From an uncultured Actinomycetota bacterium (lineage in GTDB: Bacteria; Actinomycetota; Actinomycetes; JADGOV01), in contig CAWFCZ010000018.1 of the NCBI GenBank assembly GCA_963814355.1, positions 1,064,141 to 1,128,140 on the forward strand: DNA of 64,000 nt, in the 5' to 3' direction. Position numbers and translations under genes: made by a program. The notes under the pieces are model-generated. The model had not been told where the DNA came from, ran no database searches, and was given only the letters and a program-made list of their open reading frames with translations. Of this stretch, positions 37,923 through 47,776 are shown piece after piece; positions within the stretch are counted from its first letter, which is position 1; every line of letters begins with the position of its first letter.

Positions 37923-39242
37923 GTGGGCGACCAAGGCCCCGGTCGCATGCCGCGGCGGGGAGCGGTGCGCACTGCTCGGCTGGCTCTGCTGCCGGCGTCG
38001 CACACGGCCCGGGTCGCGGTCGGACTCGGGCGACGACTCGGCGGCCGCCCGGCAGAACTGGTCGCAGCGGAGGTCCAGCGGCGGACCGCCGAGCAGCTGT
38101 TCAGCACGCTGGGCGAGCTGAAGGGCGGCGCCATGAAGTTCGGCCAGGCCCTGTCGGCGATGGAAGCGGCGCTGCCTGAGTCGCTCATCGGGCCGTACCG
38201 GGAGGCTTTGGTCCGCCTGCAGGAGACTGCCCCGCCGATGCCGGTGGCGATGGTGCACCGGGTGCTGGACGAATCGTTCCCGGCAGGCTGGCGGCAGCGG
38301 CTCGGGCTGTTCGAGGACCGGCCGATCGCGGCGGCCAGCATCGGGCAGGTGCACCGGGCGGTGTGGTCCGACGGGTCACCGGTGGCCGTCAAGGTCCAGT
38401 ACCCGGGAGCTGGGGACGCCTTGGTCTCGGACATCGGCTGGCTCAATCGGATGGCGCCGCTGCTGCGGGTCGCCGCGCCGGGTCTGGACGCTGGGGCACT
38501 GTTCGCGGAGCTGCGCGCCCGCCTCGTCGACGAAGTCGACTACGCGCAGGAGGCGCAGGCGCAGACCGCCTTTGCCGAGGCATTCCGCGACGACCCCGAC
38601 GTCTACGTGCCGGAGGTCATCGAGGTGGCGGAGCGCGTTCTGGTCACCCGCTGGATGCCCGGAACCCCGCTGTCGAAGGTGATCGCCGCCGGAAGCCGGG
38701 CCGATCGGGACCGATGCGGTCTGCTGCTGCTGCGGCTGCTGCTGTCCAGCCCGGCCAGGGCCGGCCGGTTGCACGGCGACCCACACGCGGGCAACTTCCG
38801 ACTGCTGCCGGACGGCCGGCTCGGCGTGCTCGACTTCGGGGCCACCGAACCGCTGCCCAGGGGGTGGCCGCGCCGGCTCGGGCCTCTGCTCGCGGCCTTG
38901 CGGGAGGAGGATGCGAAGCTCCTGTACGACATCGCTATCAGCGCCGGCTTGGTGGCTCACCGGAAGGTCGACCCGGCGGCCTTGCTGGATCTTCTTGGTC
39001 CATACGCTCAGCCGTTGCGGCAACCGGCTTTCCACTTCAGTCGGTCCTGGCTGCAAGCCCAGGGTCAGCGGCACTCCGATCCGCGCAACGCCGCAGCCCA
39101 GATACAACGCCGCCTCAGCGTGCCGGCCCGCCACCTGCTGCTGCAGCGCGTGGTCGTCGGACTGGTGGGCGTGCTCGCCCAACTCGACGCCCGGGTACCC
39201 GTCGACGCCGAAGTCCAGCGCTGGGTGCCCGGCTATAGCTGA
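37923..39242 (+). CDS. ABC1/UbiB/AarF family atypical kinase
   Basis: CAGGAGA SD before GTG 37923; LKGGAMKFGQ, AAASIGQVH, VKVQYP, HGDPHAGN, LDFG. Confidence 0.88.
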   Translation: MGDQGPGRMPRRGAVRTARLALLPASHTARVAVGLGRRLGGRPAELVAAEVQRRTAEQLFSTLGELKGGAMKFGQALSAMEAALPESLIGPYREALVRLQETAPPMPVAMVHRVLDESFPAGWRQRLGLFEDRPIAAASIGQVHRAVWSDGSPVAVKVQYPGAGDALVSDIGWLNRMAPLLRVAAPGLDAGALFAELRARLVDEVDYAQEAQAQTAFAEAFRDDPDVYVPEVIEVAERVLVTRWMPGTPLSKVIAAGSRADRDRCGLLLLRLLLSSPARAGRLHGDPHAGNFRLLPDGRLGVLDFGATEPLPRGWPRRLGPLLAALREEDAKLLYDIAISAGLVAHRKVDPAALLDLLGPYAQPLRQPAFHFSRSWLQAQGQRHSDPRNAAAQIQRRLSVPARHLLLQRVVVGLVGVLAQLDARVPVDAEVQRWVPGYS

Positions 39243-39299
39243 CGGGTTACCGAGCCGCGGACAGGACGCAGTACTGCGGGGTCTTACCGCGGTAAGCTG

Positions 39300-39385
39300 G
39301 CCACTCCACCCACCCCAGCCACTCCACCCACCCCAGCCACTCCACCCACCCCAGCCACTCCACCCACCCCAGCCACTCCACCCAC
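39300..39385. repeat. Tandem repeat, 18-bp unit GCCACTCCACCCACCCCA, four full copies plus a partial
   Basis: Identical units at 39300, 39318, 39336, 39354 and partial at 39372; no spacers. Confidence 0.95.
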
Positions 39386-39714
39386 GTGGCCACGACGGGA
39401 CGAGCGCTGCTCACGCGTGCCCGACCGCCGTATCTGGACCTGCTGCCGAGGCTCGAGGTCATCTCACCCGACTGACGACACGCGGTCGCCTATTGGCAGC
39501 GGGTTGCCCTTGAGAAACGCGCTCCGCGGCGGCTCGTCGTTCCCGACCCCTGAGCAGTTTGGCACACAGTGGCCCGCTTGCGGGGGGACTACGGAGATCA
39601 CTCTGAGCGTGCGGATCTTTCTCCCTGACGGGCACTGTGTGCCCAAGTGCTCAGCGCACCGCGGGAGCCTGGGTCGGAGGTGTAAGGAAACGGCACGGCG
39701 GCCTGACACCCCGC

Positions 39715-40535
39715 TCAGTCCAGCCGCGGCAGGTCGAGCTGAGCCAGGCGTACCGAATCCGCCAGAATGTCGATCTCAAACAATCTTCCCGCCTACCACC
39801 GTGAACCCCATCACCACCTGCGGCCGGCCCTGGAAACGCACGAGAAGCCCGGGGACGCCGTTGACCAGGACCGGGTGGGCGTACCGGCCACGCTCGGAGA
39901 AGGCGAACGCCTGCTGAGCCACCGCCTCGGCACCGCGTACGGTTCTCGAGGTCACCACGGGATCGCCTCCGGTGTCGGCTCGCAGCACGACGTCGGGGTC
40001 GAGCACCGCCAGCAACGCCTCGAAGTCTCCACCGCGGGCCGCCAGTAGGAAGGCATCCGCCACCTCTCGCTGCCGGGAGAGATCGCCCCGTGGGATCGCC
40101 GCTCCGCGCACCCGGCGACGGGCCCGGCTGGCCAGCTGACGGGCCGCAGCGGGGGTGCGCCCCATCATGGCTGCGATCTCCTCGAAGGGCACGGCGAACG
40201 TGTCGTGCAGCACGAGCGCGAGCCGCTCGGCCGGAGTCAGCGTGTCGGTGAGCCTCATCGGGGCTGGTGACGATCGGGTCGGGCAGGTGGGTACCCAGCG
40301 GCTCCTCGCGGCGGGAACGCCGCGAGCGCAGCATGTCCAGGGAGACCCGGGCGACAGTGGTCAGCCAGCGGCGCAAGTTCTCCACGCCGCAGGTGTCGGC
40401 GCGGCGCAGCCGAAGCCACGTCTCCTGGACGGCGTCGTCGGCCTCGCTCAACGAGCCCAGCATCCGGTAGGCCACCGCCCGCAGATGGCTCCGGTCGGCG
40501 TCGAAGCGCTGCGCCAGCCAATCGCCGTCGTCCAC
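39715..40535 (-). pseudogene. ECF41/SigJ-type sigma factor with SnoaL-like extension, disrupted
   Basis: HLRAVAYRMLGSLSEADDAVQETWLR; deletion/frameshift ~40255; PAERLALVLHD, AARQLASRARR, LDPDVVLRAD, VNG; second frameshift at ~39778. Confidence 0.85.
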
Positions 40536-40536
40536 C

Positions 40537-40598
40537 GGTCACATCCCTCGCGCTTGATCCGTCGTAGCAGAGACGAACGAAACCCGGCCGATGTGACC
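40537..40598. promoter_or_regulatory. Two face-to-face ECF41-type promoters GGTCACA-N16-CGTC
   Basis: Plus: GGTCACA 40537-40543, CGTC 40560-40563; minus: GGTCACA 40598-40592, CGTC 40575-40572. Confidence 0.8.
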
Positions 40599-40627
40599 AG
40601 CATCGACGCTCTCCAGGAGGTCCACGC

Positions 40628-41248
40628 ATGCCACGTATCACTGGAATCCCGGCCCACGAGGCCGGTCCTGTCCTCAGGATCGCCTACTGGTTCACCCGCC
40701 GCCACCTGGGACGGCTCGCCGGGCGAGCGCCCGAACGGATGCTCGAGCCGGTCGAGATGTACGCCCACCTGCCCGGGGTGCTGCGTGCCTACGGCCAGCT
40801 CGAGCAGGCCACCGGCAAGCTGCACCGCCTCGCACCACGTCACCGTGCGCTGGCCGAGTTGAAGGCGGCCACGCTGACCCACTGCGAGTACTGCATCGAC
40901 CTGGGCTCGCAGATCGCCCGCCGCTGGGGCCTGACCGACGAGGAACTGCGGGCATTGCCGACCTACCGCACCAGCTCGACCTTCAGCGACCTGGACAAGC
41001 TCGTGCTGGACTATGCGGTCGCCATGAGTGCCACGCCGGTGACGGTGTCCGACGCGCTGTTCGCCCACCTCCGCGAGCACTTCGACGACGCCCAACTGGT
41101 GGAGCTCACCCATCTCATCGCCTTGGAGAACCATCGGGGCCGCTTCAACCTGGCCCTTGGGATCGGCTCGGCCGGGTTCAGCGACGGTATGGTGTGCGCG
41201 GTACCCGCCACCGCCCCAACACCGACTCCCGCAACCGTTGGCGGATAA
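40628..41248 (+). CDS. Carboxymuconolactone decarboxylase/AhpD family protein
   Basis: AGGAGG SD; HCEYCID CxxC; LVELT..IALEN...RFN. Confidence 0.88.
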   Translation: MPRITGIPAHEAGPVLRIAYWFTRRHLGRLAGRAPERMLEPVEMYAHLPGVLRAYGQLEQATGKLHRLAPRHRALAELKAATLTHCEYCIDLGSQIARRWGLTDEELRALPTYRTSSTFSDLDKLVLDYAVAMSATPVTVSDALFAHLREHFDDAQLVELTHLIALENHRGRFNLALGIGSAGFSDGMVCAVPATAPTPTPATVGG

Positions 41249-41262
41249 GCGCGGGCCGAGAG

Positions 41263-42792
41263 CTATCCGCTCGCGGCCAGGTAGGCGAAGGAGCGCGGCG
41301 GGAGGACCAGCTGGCCACGGCCCGAAAGAGTGACAGCGGTGATCGACGACGGTCCGGTGACCGGGGCGCTCACCGACCCCGACGCCGTGAGCTGGGTGCC
41401 GGTGAAGGCTCCCGGCAGCACGGCACCGACGCTGACCGGTACCGGCTGGCCGGTGAGGTTCGTCAGCACGAGCTGACGCTTGGTGGAATTGCTCGCCAAC
41501 ACACCGATCAGTCCAGGCGTGTGCGTCGCGCCCAACTCCGGGCCGCCCGCGAACGTCACCGGTCCTAGCTCGACCGCTCCGTTCAACGCGCGCTGCAGGA
41601 GTCGCAGGGTCGCCCCGGCTGGGCCGAGTGCGAGTGGCACGGTACGCGGGCCGCCGGCCCCGAACGCATTCGCGCTGTCGTAGATGATGGATTCGTGCGC
41701 GCTGAGCATCGTCGCGTTGGTTCCGAGATGCGTGATGTTCCCGTCGCGTAGGTACAGCAAGGCCTTGGCGCCGACGAAGAGCCCGTGCAACCATCGTCCG
41801 GGGTACACCTGCTGCCGGGTCATGTCGGCGAGGTTGAAGGCGTTCACCCACACGTTCAGTCCGGCTCGCCGCATCACGGCAAGATAAGGAGAGACCTTCT
41901 CGTAGTGCCGATAGGGCAGTGCCAACTCGGCGTCCGGCGACAGCGTCGCATCGTAGATGCGCTGGTTATCGTGCATCGTGATGGCGTCGGCCCCGCGGAT
42001 TGTCGACAGAACCTGCGCGTTCCACGCCAAGCGACGTCGGTTCAGGCCCATCGTGTCGGTCGGATCGTTACCGACCACCGCAATCCTGACGCCGGGGAAG
42101 GCCGTGCGCAGCCGGGTGATCCATCCGTTGAGCTGGGTGGCGTAATCCGTGCCGGTGGGGAATCTGTGCTGGTAATCCGCCGAGCCCTGATCGCCACGTA
42201 TGTACAACTCGTTGCCCAACTCAAGCAACCGGACCGGCATCCCGGTGGCCGCCGCAGCGTGCAGCATGGCTATCTGGTCGGCCTGCATGGCGGGGTTATC
42301 CACCGCGCGCGCGATCCGGCCCTGGAAGGACAGCACGTTGAGGTCGAACATCACCTCGGCGGATGTCGCGCGGACCGCGGCCGCGAACGTGCCGAGTCCG
42401 TCGTCGATGGGGGTACGCCGGGCTCCCCACAGCGAGCTGTCCCACCAGCCGGCACGCCACACCCAGTAGTTCGCCACGGTGCCGCCTGGGTAGCGCAGGT
42501 AGCCCGGCGAGAAATCGGCCAGCACCCTGTCCAAGGCCGGGTTCGTCCAGAGTGGCCCATTGAAGTTGACGGCGTTGAGCCCGAAAAGTGCGCGCTGCAC
42601 CGAATGCGGCGCCCCAGCCGGCAGCACCCGGGTACTCGGCGCTTGAGCACCCGGGCCTCCCGGGCCGGACGAGGCCGCGGTAGGGACCCCCTCGGCCGGT
42701 GCGGCCAGCACAAGAATAATGATCGAGAAAGCGGTCGCCCCGGCGGCGGCAGTGCGCACGCAACGGCGCCCACGGCGCGGCTTGAATCGCAT
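41263..42792 (-). CDS. Secreted clan GH-A glycoside hydrolase-like protein (GH51/GH79-like)
   Basis: Signal peptide; LRYPGGTVANY, ELGNE acid/base motif; C-terminal beta-sandwich ending LPPRSF. Confidence 0.7.
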   Translation of the reverse strand: MRFKPRRGRRCVRTAAAGATAFSIIILVLAAPAEGVPTAASSGPGGPGAQAPSTRVLPAGAPHSVQRALFGLNAVNFNGPLWTNPALDRVLADFSPGYLRYPGGTVANYWVWRAGWWDSSLWGARRTPIDDGLGTFAAAVRATSAEVMFDLNVLSFQGRIARAVDNPAMQADQIAMLHAAAATGMPVRLLELGNELYIRGDQGSADYQHRFPTGTDYATQLNGWITRLRTAFPGVRIAVVGNDPTDTMGLNRRRLAWNAQVLSTIRGADAITMHDNQRIYDATLSPDAELALPYRHYEKVSPYLAVMRRAGLNVWVNAFNLADMTRQQVYPGRWLHGLFVGAKALLYLRDGNITHLGTNATMLSAHESIIYDSANAFGAGGPRTVPLALGPAGATLRLLQRALNGAVELGPVTFAGGPELGATHTPGLIGVLASNSTKRQLVLTNLTGQPVPVSVGAVLPGAFTGTQLTASGSVSAPVTGPSSITAVTLSGRGQLVLPPRSFAYLAASG

Positions 42793-42932
42793 CCCAGGGT
42801 GTCCTTCCACGAGAGCGATCCGGACATTACACTCCTGGCGTGCGTTGCGGTGCCCTCGGCGGCCTGGCCAGCGACGACCCTTCCCTCCGCGCCGCCGTTG
42901 TGCCACGATCCACTCGGCCGAGGGAGGTCGGA

Positions 42933-44192
42933 ATGGGACACGGACGGCTGATGTCCGCGGTGGCGCTCGTTCTGACCGGCGCACTGAGCGCGGGGCTCGG
43001 TGGTTCGGCATCGGCCCACGGCAGAGCCCGCGCGGACGCCTGGTACCAGACCGGGTACAACCAGGGGCATGCCGGCCTCAACCCCGGGGAGCGCACGCTG
43101 GCCCCCTCGACGGTCGGCCGGCTGGCACCGGGCTGGACGCTGCACACCGGCTCGCTGCACTCGATACCCGGCACGACCACGGCACGGCTCGCCCCGGGTG
43201 CGGCCTACCTCGTGGCCGATGACGACGCGGTGTACGCCGTGGACAGCGCCACCGGGCGGCGACGGTGGACCACCCACCTCACCGACACCTCCCCGCTGCA
43301 GCAGCCGGTGCTGCACCTCGGCGTCCTCGTCGTTGCCGCCGGCTGTTGCACAACGTCGAGCCGTTCCCTCGTCGGTCTCGATGCGGTCACCGGGCGGCGA
43401 CTCTGGAGCCGGGCGATCGAACCGCTCAGCCTGTGGTCGGCGGCCGGCGGCTCGATCTACCTGGGCGCGTACCCCGACGGCCACTCGCCGTCGTTGACGC
43501 GTCTGGACGTGCGCACCGGCCGGCAGCTGTGGACCGTCACGAGCAGCGACCCTGGCGACTTCGGCTGGGATCAGACCGCGCTGGACGGGACCCTGCTCGT
43601 CGCTCAGCACCTGCACGGTTTCCGGGCATCGGCCGTCGAGGCGCGCCGGACGACTGACGCGAGAGTGGTCTGGCAATCTCGGCTGCCCGCGCCCTCACCG
43701 GTGGCCCACGGTGTCGTCATCGCCGGTCACACCGTCTACGTCGCCTACTTCGGGCGCCAAGCCGAGCGGCTGCGCGCGTTGACCGAATCCGGCCAGGTGC
43801 GGTGGGACATCCGAGTCGGCTCGGCGTCGCAGTGCGCGAACCTCAATGAGGAGCGCCCGTCAGTCTCCGGTGCACTCGTCCTGCTGCCCTGCGGCGGCAC
43901 GATGTCCGCCTACGACGCCGCTTCCGGTCATCGACGGTGGACGACGCGGCTCGGCGACTACGTCACGGACGCTGCTATCGCCAACGGCGTCTGGTTCGCC
44001 GGGTGGTCGGATTACGCCTCAGCGACCAACCGGCTCGGCGCGTTCCGGCTGACCGACGGACGCACGCTCTGGCAGGCCGCAACGGCGCAATCGTCGACGG
44101 ATCTCGTGCGCGAGGAAGGTCCGTCAGTCGCCGAAGGCCGGGTGTACTGGTCTTTCGGCACCAGCACGCTGCGTACCTTCGCAGTGCCGTGA
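42933..44192 (+). CDS. Secreted PQQ-like beta-propeller repeat protein
   Basis: GGAGG SD; signal peptide; repeated A.D..TG...W motifs. Confidence 0.8.
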   Translation: MGHGRLMSAVALVLTGALSAGLGGSASAHGRARADAWYQTGYNQGHAGLNPGERTLAPSTVGRLAPGWTLHTGSLHSIPGTTTARLAPGAAYLVADDDAVYAVDSATGRRRWTTHLTDTSPLQQPVLHLGVLVVAAGCCTTSSRSLVGLDAVTGRRLWSRAIEPLSLWSAAGGSIYLGAYPDGHSPSLTRLDVRTGRQLWTVTSSDPGDFGWDQTALDGTLLVAQHLHGFRASAVEARRTTDARVVWQSRLPAPSPVAHGVVIAGHTVYVAYFGRQAERLRALTESGQVRWDIRVGSASQCANLNEERPSVSGALVLLPCGGTMSAYDAASGHRRWTTRLGDYVTDAAIANGVWFAGWSDYASATNRLGAFRLTDGRTLWQAATAQSSTDLVREEGPSVAEGRVYWSFGTSTLRTFAVP

Positions 44193-44373
44193 CGGCGCCC
44201 GTTGTCGTGAACGTGCCCGGGCAAGGCCATGGCCGGATTCCGGTCGAACCCGAAACGCGGCGCGGTAGCCAACCGTCAGGTCGACCTTGCGGACCATACG
44301 CTGACCGCGCAGGAAAAGCGGTTGACCGTTCGCCAATTTGGCCAGTAGGTTGCTCCGCCAGAGGAGATGACTC

Positions 44374-44739
44374 ATGAGTAACAAGGCAGTAGTCAGCCTG
44401 GCCACCGGGCTGGAAGACGCCGAACGGGTTACCGTCGCCTTCCTGGTCGCCGTAGGGGCCGCCGAGCAGGGCCGTCCGACGCTGATGTTCTTGACCAAGG
44501 AAGCCGTACGCCTCGCGATACCGGACTTCGCCACCGCGGTGGCCTGCAACGGCTGCCCAGCCCTGGAGGAGTTGCTGGCCCGGTACGACAAGGCCGGCGG
44601 ACGTCTCCTGGTCTGCCCGATCTGCTTCGAGGCCCGCAAGCTCGACAAGAGCACACTGGTCGACAACGCGGAGATCGGCGGCACCGTTCCGATGTGGCAG
44701 TGGATCGGCGACGAGGGCGCGACCACGTTCAGCTACTGA
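44374..44739 (+). CDS. DsrE family protein
   Basis: MFLTKEAV, CNGCP, VCPIC, GATTFSY; AGGAG SD. Confidence 0.82.
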   Translation: MSNKAVVSLATGLEDAERVTVAFLVAVGAAEQGRPTLMFLTKEAVRLAIPDFATAVACNGCPALEELLARYDKAGGRLLVCPICFEARKLDKSTLVDNAEIGGTVPMWQWIGDEGATTFSY

Positions 44740-44773
44740 CGGGCGCAGTACCCGGCACACCGAACTATCGGGA

Positions 44774-45040
44774 TCAGGCCAGGGACAAGAACAGCTTCTC
44801 CATTTTCGCGCTGTCGACGCTGTCAGCTCCGCCACTTTCGAGCAGACACTGCTTCAGACCGGTGGACACGATCGCAAAACCGGCTCGGTCCAGCGCACGG
44901 CTGACCGCTGCGACCTGGGTCACGATCTCCTCGCAGTCGCGACCGTCGTCGATCATCTTCAGTATCCCGCCGATCTGGCCCTGGGCCCGGCGCAGGCGCT
45001 TGACGATCTGGTGCATGTCCTCGCGCGGCAGTTCGACCAC
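44774..45040 (-). CDS. CsoR/RcnR/CstR family metal- or persulfide-sensing repressor
   Basis: RLRRAQGQIGGI..M, DCEEIVTQ.AA, GLKQC; GGAGG SD before GTG 45040. Confidence 0.9.
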   Translation of the reverse strand: MVELPREDMHQIVKRLRRAQGQIGGILKMIDDGRDCEEIVTQVAAVSRALDRAGFAIVSTGLKQCLLESGGADSVDSAKMEKLFLSLA

Positions 45041-45065
45041 AGCCACCTCCAGCTCACTGCGCAGC

Positions 45066-45081
45066 ATACCCTGTGGGGTAC
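45066..45081. promoter_or_regulatory. CsoR-family operator 1 (ATACCC-TGTG-GGGTAC)
   Basis: C-tract/G-tract dyad upstream of the repressor gene. Confidence 0.75.
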
Positions 45082-45103
45082 CGGGCCAGCGCAGCCACGG
45101 CGC

Positions 45104-45874
45104 TCATCGCATGTCCGGGGCTCCGCCGCGTTCAGGCCGTTCGGCACCGGCCTGATGGAGCCAACGCAGAGACTCCTGGTCGCCGAGCAGTTCCAGGCGC
45201 CGCCAGAGGACGCTGGTCGGGATCGACTGGCTGGCATGCGCTCGGACCGCCGCCAGTTGGCGCTCGCGGCTGACGTCCAGCGTGAGGTCAATGCTCTCGG
45301 CACGGTGGCCGCTGAAGTCGCTGTCGTATTCGCGATTGAGCTCAGCCGCCACGGCGCATGGGATGGTCCAGGCGAGAACCGGCAGGTCAAGGATTGTCCC
45401 GGCGAGCAGCGCCGCGCGGGTGGCGCCGCGGTGATCGGGATGTCCGGTTACTCCGCTCGGGTCGAAGACCAGGAGGCCGTCGGCAGCGTCGGCACGGGCG
45501 GTGTCGATCACCTCACCCGCCAGCTGGCTGACGCAGAGGTCGGCCAGGGCCCCGTCGGGGTAATTCCGTAGCTGCGCGTCCACAACCCCGAGTTGGTGCG
45601 CAGCGAGTGTGAACTCCCCGCGACGGATCGAGGCCAGGTCGCCGGCCGATCCGCGCCATCCGGAGCCGTGCACGGTGGTGGCCTCACCGTGGGTCAGGCA
45701 GAGCACCCCGGCCTGCGTCCCAGCGCGCGCGAAGGCGTCCAGAACAGCCCCGAGACCGAAGGACTCGTCATCGGGGTGGGCCACAACGGCCAGTACGAAC
45801 GTCCAGGACGGAAGGCCGGTCGGTCGCGAGCCGGACCGGATCGTCCACTGCGGCATATCGGGCTCTTGGGGCAT
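45104..45874 (-). CDS. PIG-L/LmbE family deacetylase
   Basis: AHPDDE, LTHGE, GHPDH, AHASQ; AGAGGAG SD before ATG 45874. Confidence 0.88.
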   Translation of the reverse strand: MPQEPDMPQWTIRSGSRPTGLPSWTFVLAVVAHPDDESFGLGAVLDAFARAGTQAGVLCLTHGEATTVHGSGWRGSAGDLASIRRGEFTLAAHQLGVVDAQLRNYPDGALADLCVSQLAGEVIDTARADAADGLLVFDPSGVTGHPDHRGATRAALLAGTILDLPVLAWTIPCAVAAELNREYDSDFSGHRAESIDLTLDVSRERQLAAVRAHASQSIPTSVLWRRLELLGDQESLRWLHQAGAERPERGGAPDMR

Positions 45875-45947
45875 TTCGGCTCCTCTACCAGGCGCCGTCC
45901 AGGCCAGAGTATGCGCCCGCACTTGTCGCCCGACAGAGCCCTAAGTC

Positions 45948-45963
45948 ATACCCCTCAGGGTAT
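45948..45963. promoter_or_regulatory. CsoR-family operator 2 (ATACCC-CTCA-GGGTAT)
   Basis: Dyad in the divergent PIG-L / desulfurase intergenic region. Confidence 0.8.
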
Positions 45964-46033
45964 ATGCTCAGGGTGCTCTGAAAGCGCCGTACCGACGCCG
46001 AAGAGCTCGGGACAACACGCCGGAGGTTCGATA

Positions 46034-47758
46034 ATGCCAGCACCGGCCGAAACGGCGCTGCTCCGACGGATCCGGGAGGCTGTGATCGGCGAGGACCAGG
46101 TGATGCCCGGTCCGTACGGACCTCGGCGGGTCACCTATGCCGACTACACGGCATCCGGTCGAGCGCTGAGCTTCCTGGAAGACTTCATCAGGCACGAGGT
46201 CTTGCCCCGTTACGCCAATACCCACACCGAGTCCAGCGGGACGGGCCTGCAGACCACCCGGCTGCGCGAAGACGCACGTGCGATCATCTGCGGAGCTGTG
46301 GGCGGCGATGCCGAGACGGCCGTGATCTTCGCCGGCTCCGGCTGCACCGGGGCGATCGACAAGCTCATCGGTATCCTCGGGCTGCGCATCCCCGCTGCTC
46401 TCGACGATCGTTACCAACTCACCGATGTCATCCCGCCGCCGGATCGGCCGGTGGTGTTCATCGGCCCCTTCGAGCATCACTCCAACGAGCTGCCCTGGCG
46501 TGAGTCGATCGCTGATGTCGTGGTCATTCCCCAAGACCAGGACGGCCACATCGACGCGGCTGCTCTGGAGCAGGCGCTGATCGAGCACGAGCGACGCCCG
46601 TTGAAGATCGGCTCGTTCTCCGCCGCCAGCAACGTCACCGGAATCGTCAGCAACACCGAAGCCATCGCCGCACTGCTGCACGCATACGGCGCGCTGTCGT
46701 TCTGGGACTTCGCCGCCGCCGGCCCTTACATCGACATTGCGATGTACCCGAATCGCGCGCTGCATCCCACGGCGTACAAGGACGCGGTCTTCCTGAGCCC
46801 GCACAAGTTCATCGGCGGACCGAGCACCCCCGGCGTGCTGGTGATCCGGCGCGAACTGCTGTCCAACCGCGTGCCGGACGTGCCCGGGGGCGGCACGGTC
46901 GCCTACGTCAATCCCACCGAGCACCGCTATCTCGCGGATCCCGTCCAGCGGGAGGAGGGCGGCACCCCGGCCATCGTGGAATCGATCCGGGCGGGGCTGG
47001 TCTTCCAACTCAAGCAGGCCGTCGGCATAGACACCATCCGCGTCCACGAGGAGTATTACCTGCGCTGGGCCATCGAGGCGTGGCAAGACGAACCCGGCAT
47101 CGAGATTCTCGGAAATCTGGACGCCCAACGGCTCTCCATCGTTTCGTTCGTGATCCGCTCCCCAAGCGGACGCTACCTGCATCACAACTTCGTCGTCGCA
47201 TTGCTCAATGACCTTTTCGGCATTCAGTCCCGGGGCGGCTGCTCATGCGCCGGCCCGTACGGTCACCGACTCCTCGGCATCGACCTGGACCGGTCGCACG
47301 AGTTCGAGCGTGAGATCGCGCACGGCTGCGAGGGCATCAAACCGGGATGGGTCCGCGTCAACTTCAACTATTTCCTCTCCAGCGCCGTCGTCGGCTACCT
47401 CATCGAGGCGGTCCGGTTCGTTGCCCGAGAAGGGTGGAGATTGCTCGAGGACTACCGCTTCGACCCAGCGACCGGCCGCTGGCTGCACCACGCCGGACCG
47501 ATCGAGCCGCCGCTGCGTCTCCATCTGATCCATTACGACGACGAGACGGGCGCCATGCGGTACACCCACCACGACCATCGCGCCCCTGAGACCGATCTCG
47601 CTGGCTACCTCCAGCAGGCGAGTGACATGCTCCGCACCGCTGTCACTCGTAGCCCTCAGTCTGTCGAACCTGCCCTTCCTGGCCTGACGCCCGACTTCGA
47701 AAACCTACGTTGGTTCGACCTTCCGGCAGCCTGTCTGGCCGACCGGGACACGGGCTGA
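46034..47758 (+). CDS. Class V PLP-dependent aminotransferase, cysteine desulfurase-like
   Basis: YADYTASG, EHHSN, SNVTG, SPHKF (PLP Lys), EGGTP, RGGCSCAGPY; GGAGG SD. Confidence 0.88.
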   Translation: MPAPAETALLRRIREAVIGEDQVMPGPYGPRRVTYADYTASGRALSFLEDFIRHEVLPRYANTHTESSGTGLQTTRLREDARAIICGAVGGDAETAVIFAGSGCTGAIDKLIGILGLRIPAALDDRYQLTDVIPPPDRPVVFIGPFEHHSNELPWRESIADVVVIPQDQDGHIDAAALEQALIEHERRPLKIGSFSAASNVTGIVSNTEAIAALLHAYGALSFWDFAAAGPYIDIAMYPNRALHPTAYKDAVFLSPHKFIGGPSTPGVLVIRRELLSNRVPDVPGGGTVAYVNPTEHRYLADPVQREEGGTPAIVESIRAGLVFQLKQAVGIDTIRVHEEYYLRWAIEAWQDEPGIEILGNLDAQRLSIVSFVIRSPSGRYLHHNFVVALLNDLFGIQSRGGCSCAGPYGHRLLGIDLDRSHEFEREIAHGCEGIKPGWVRVNFNYFLSSAVVGYLIEAVRFVAREGWRLLEDYRFDPATGRWLHHAGPIEPPLRLHLIHYDDETGAMRYTHHDHRAPETDLAGYLQQASDMLRTAVTRSPQSVEPALPGLTPDFENLRWFDLPAACLADRDTG

Positions 47759-47776
47759 CCGGTTTCCGTAACCGGG

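Noticed and set aside
37065-39242. 725-aa ORF as an evolved two-domain enzyme
   Set aside because: Natural methyltransferase end and separate kinase SD/start are visible; kept only as a frameshift finding
39300-39385. Repeat as CRISPR array
   Set aside because: Units are contiguous with no spacers and no cas genes are present
39247-39462. 71-aa ORF with WVEWLG repeats as a RiPP precursor
   Set aside because: Identical nucleotide repeats explain it; no convincing SD or modifying enzymes on that strand
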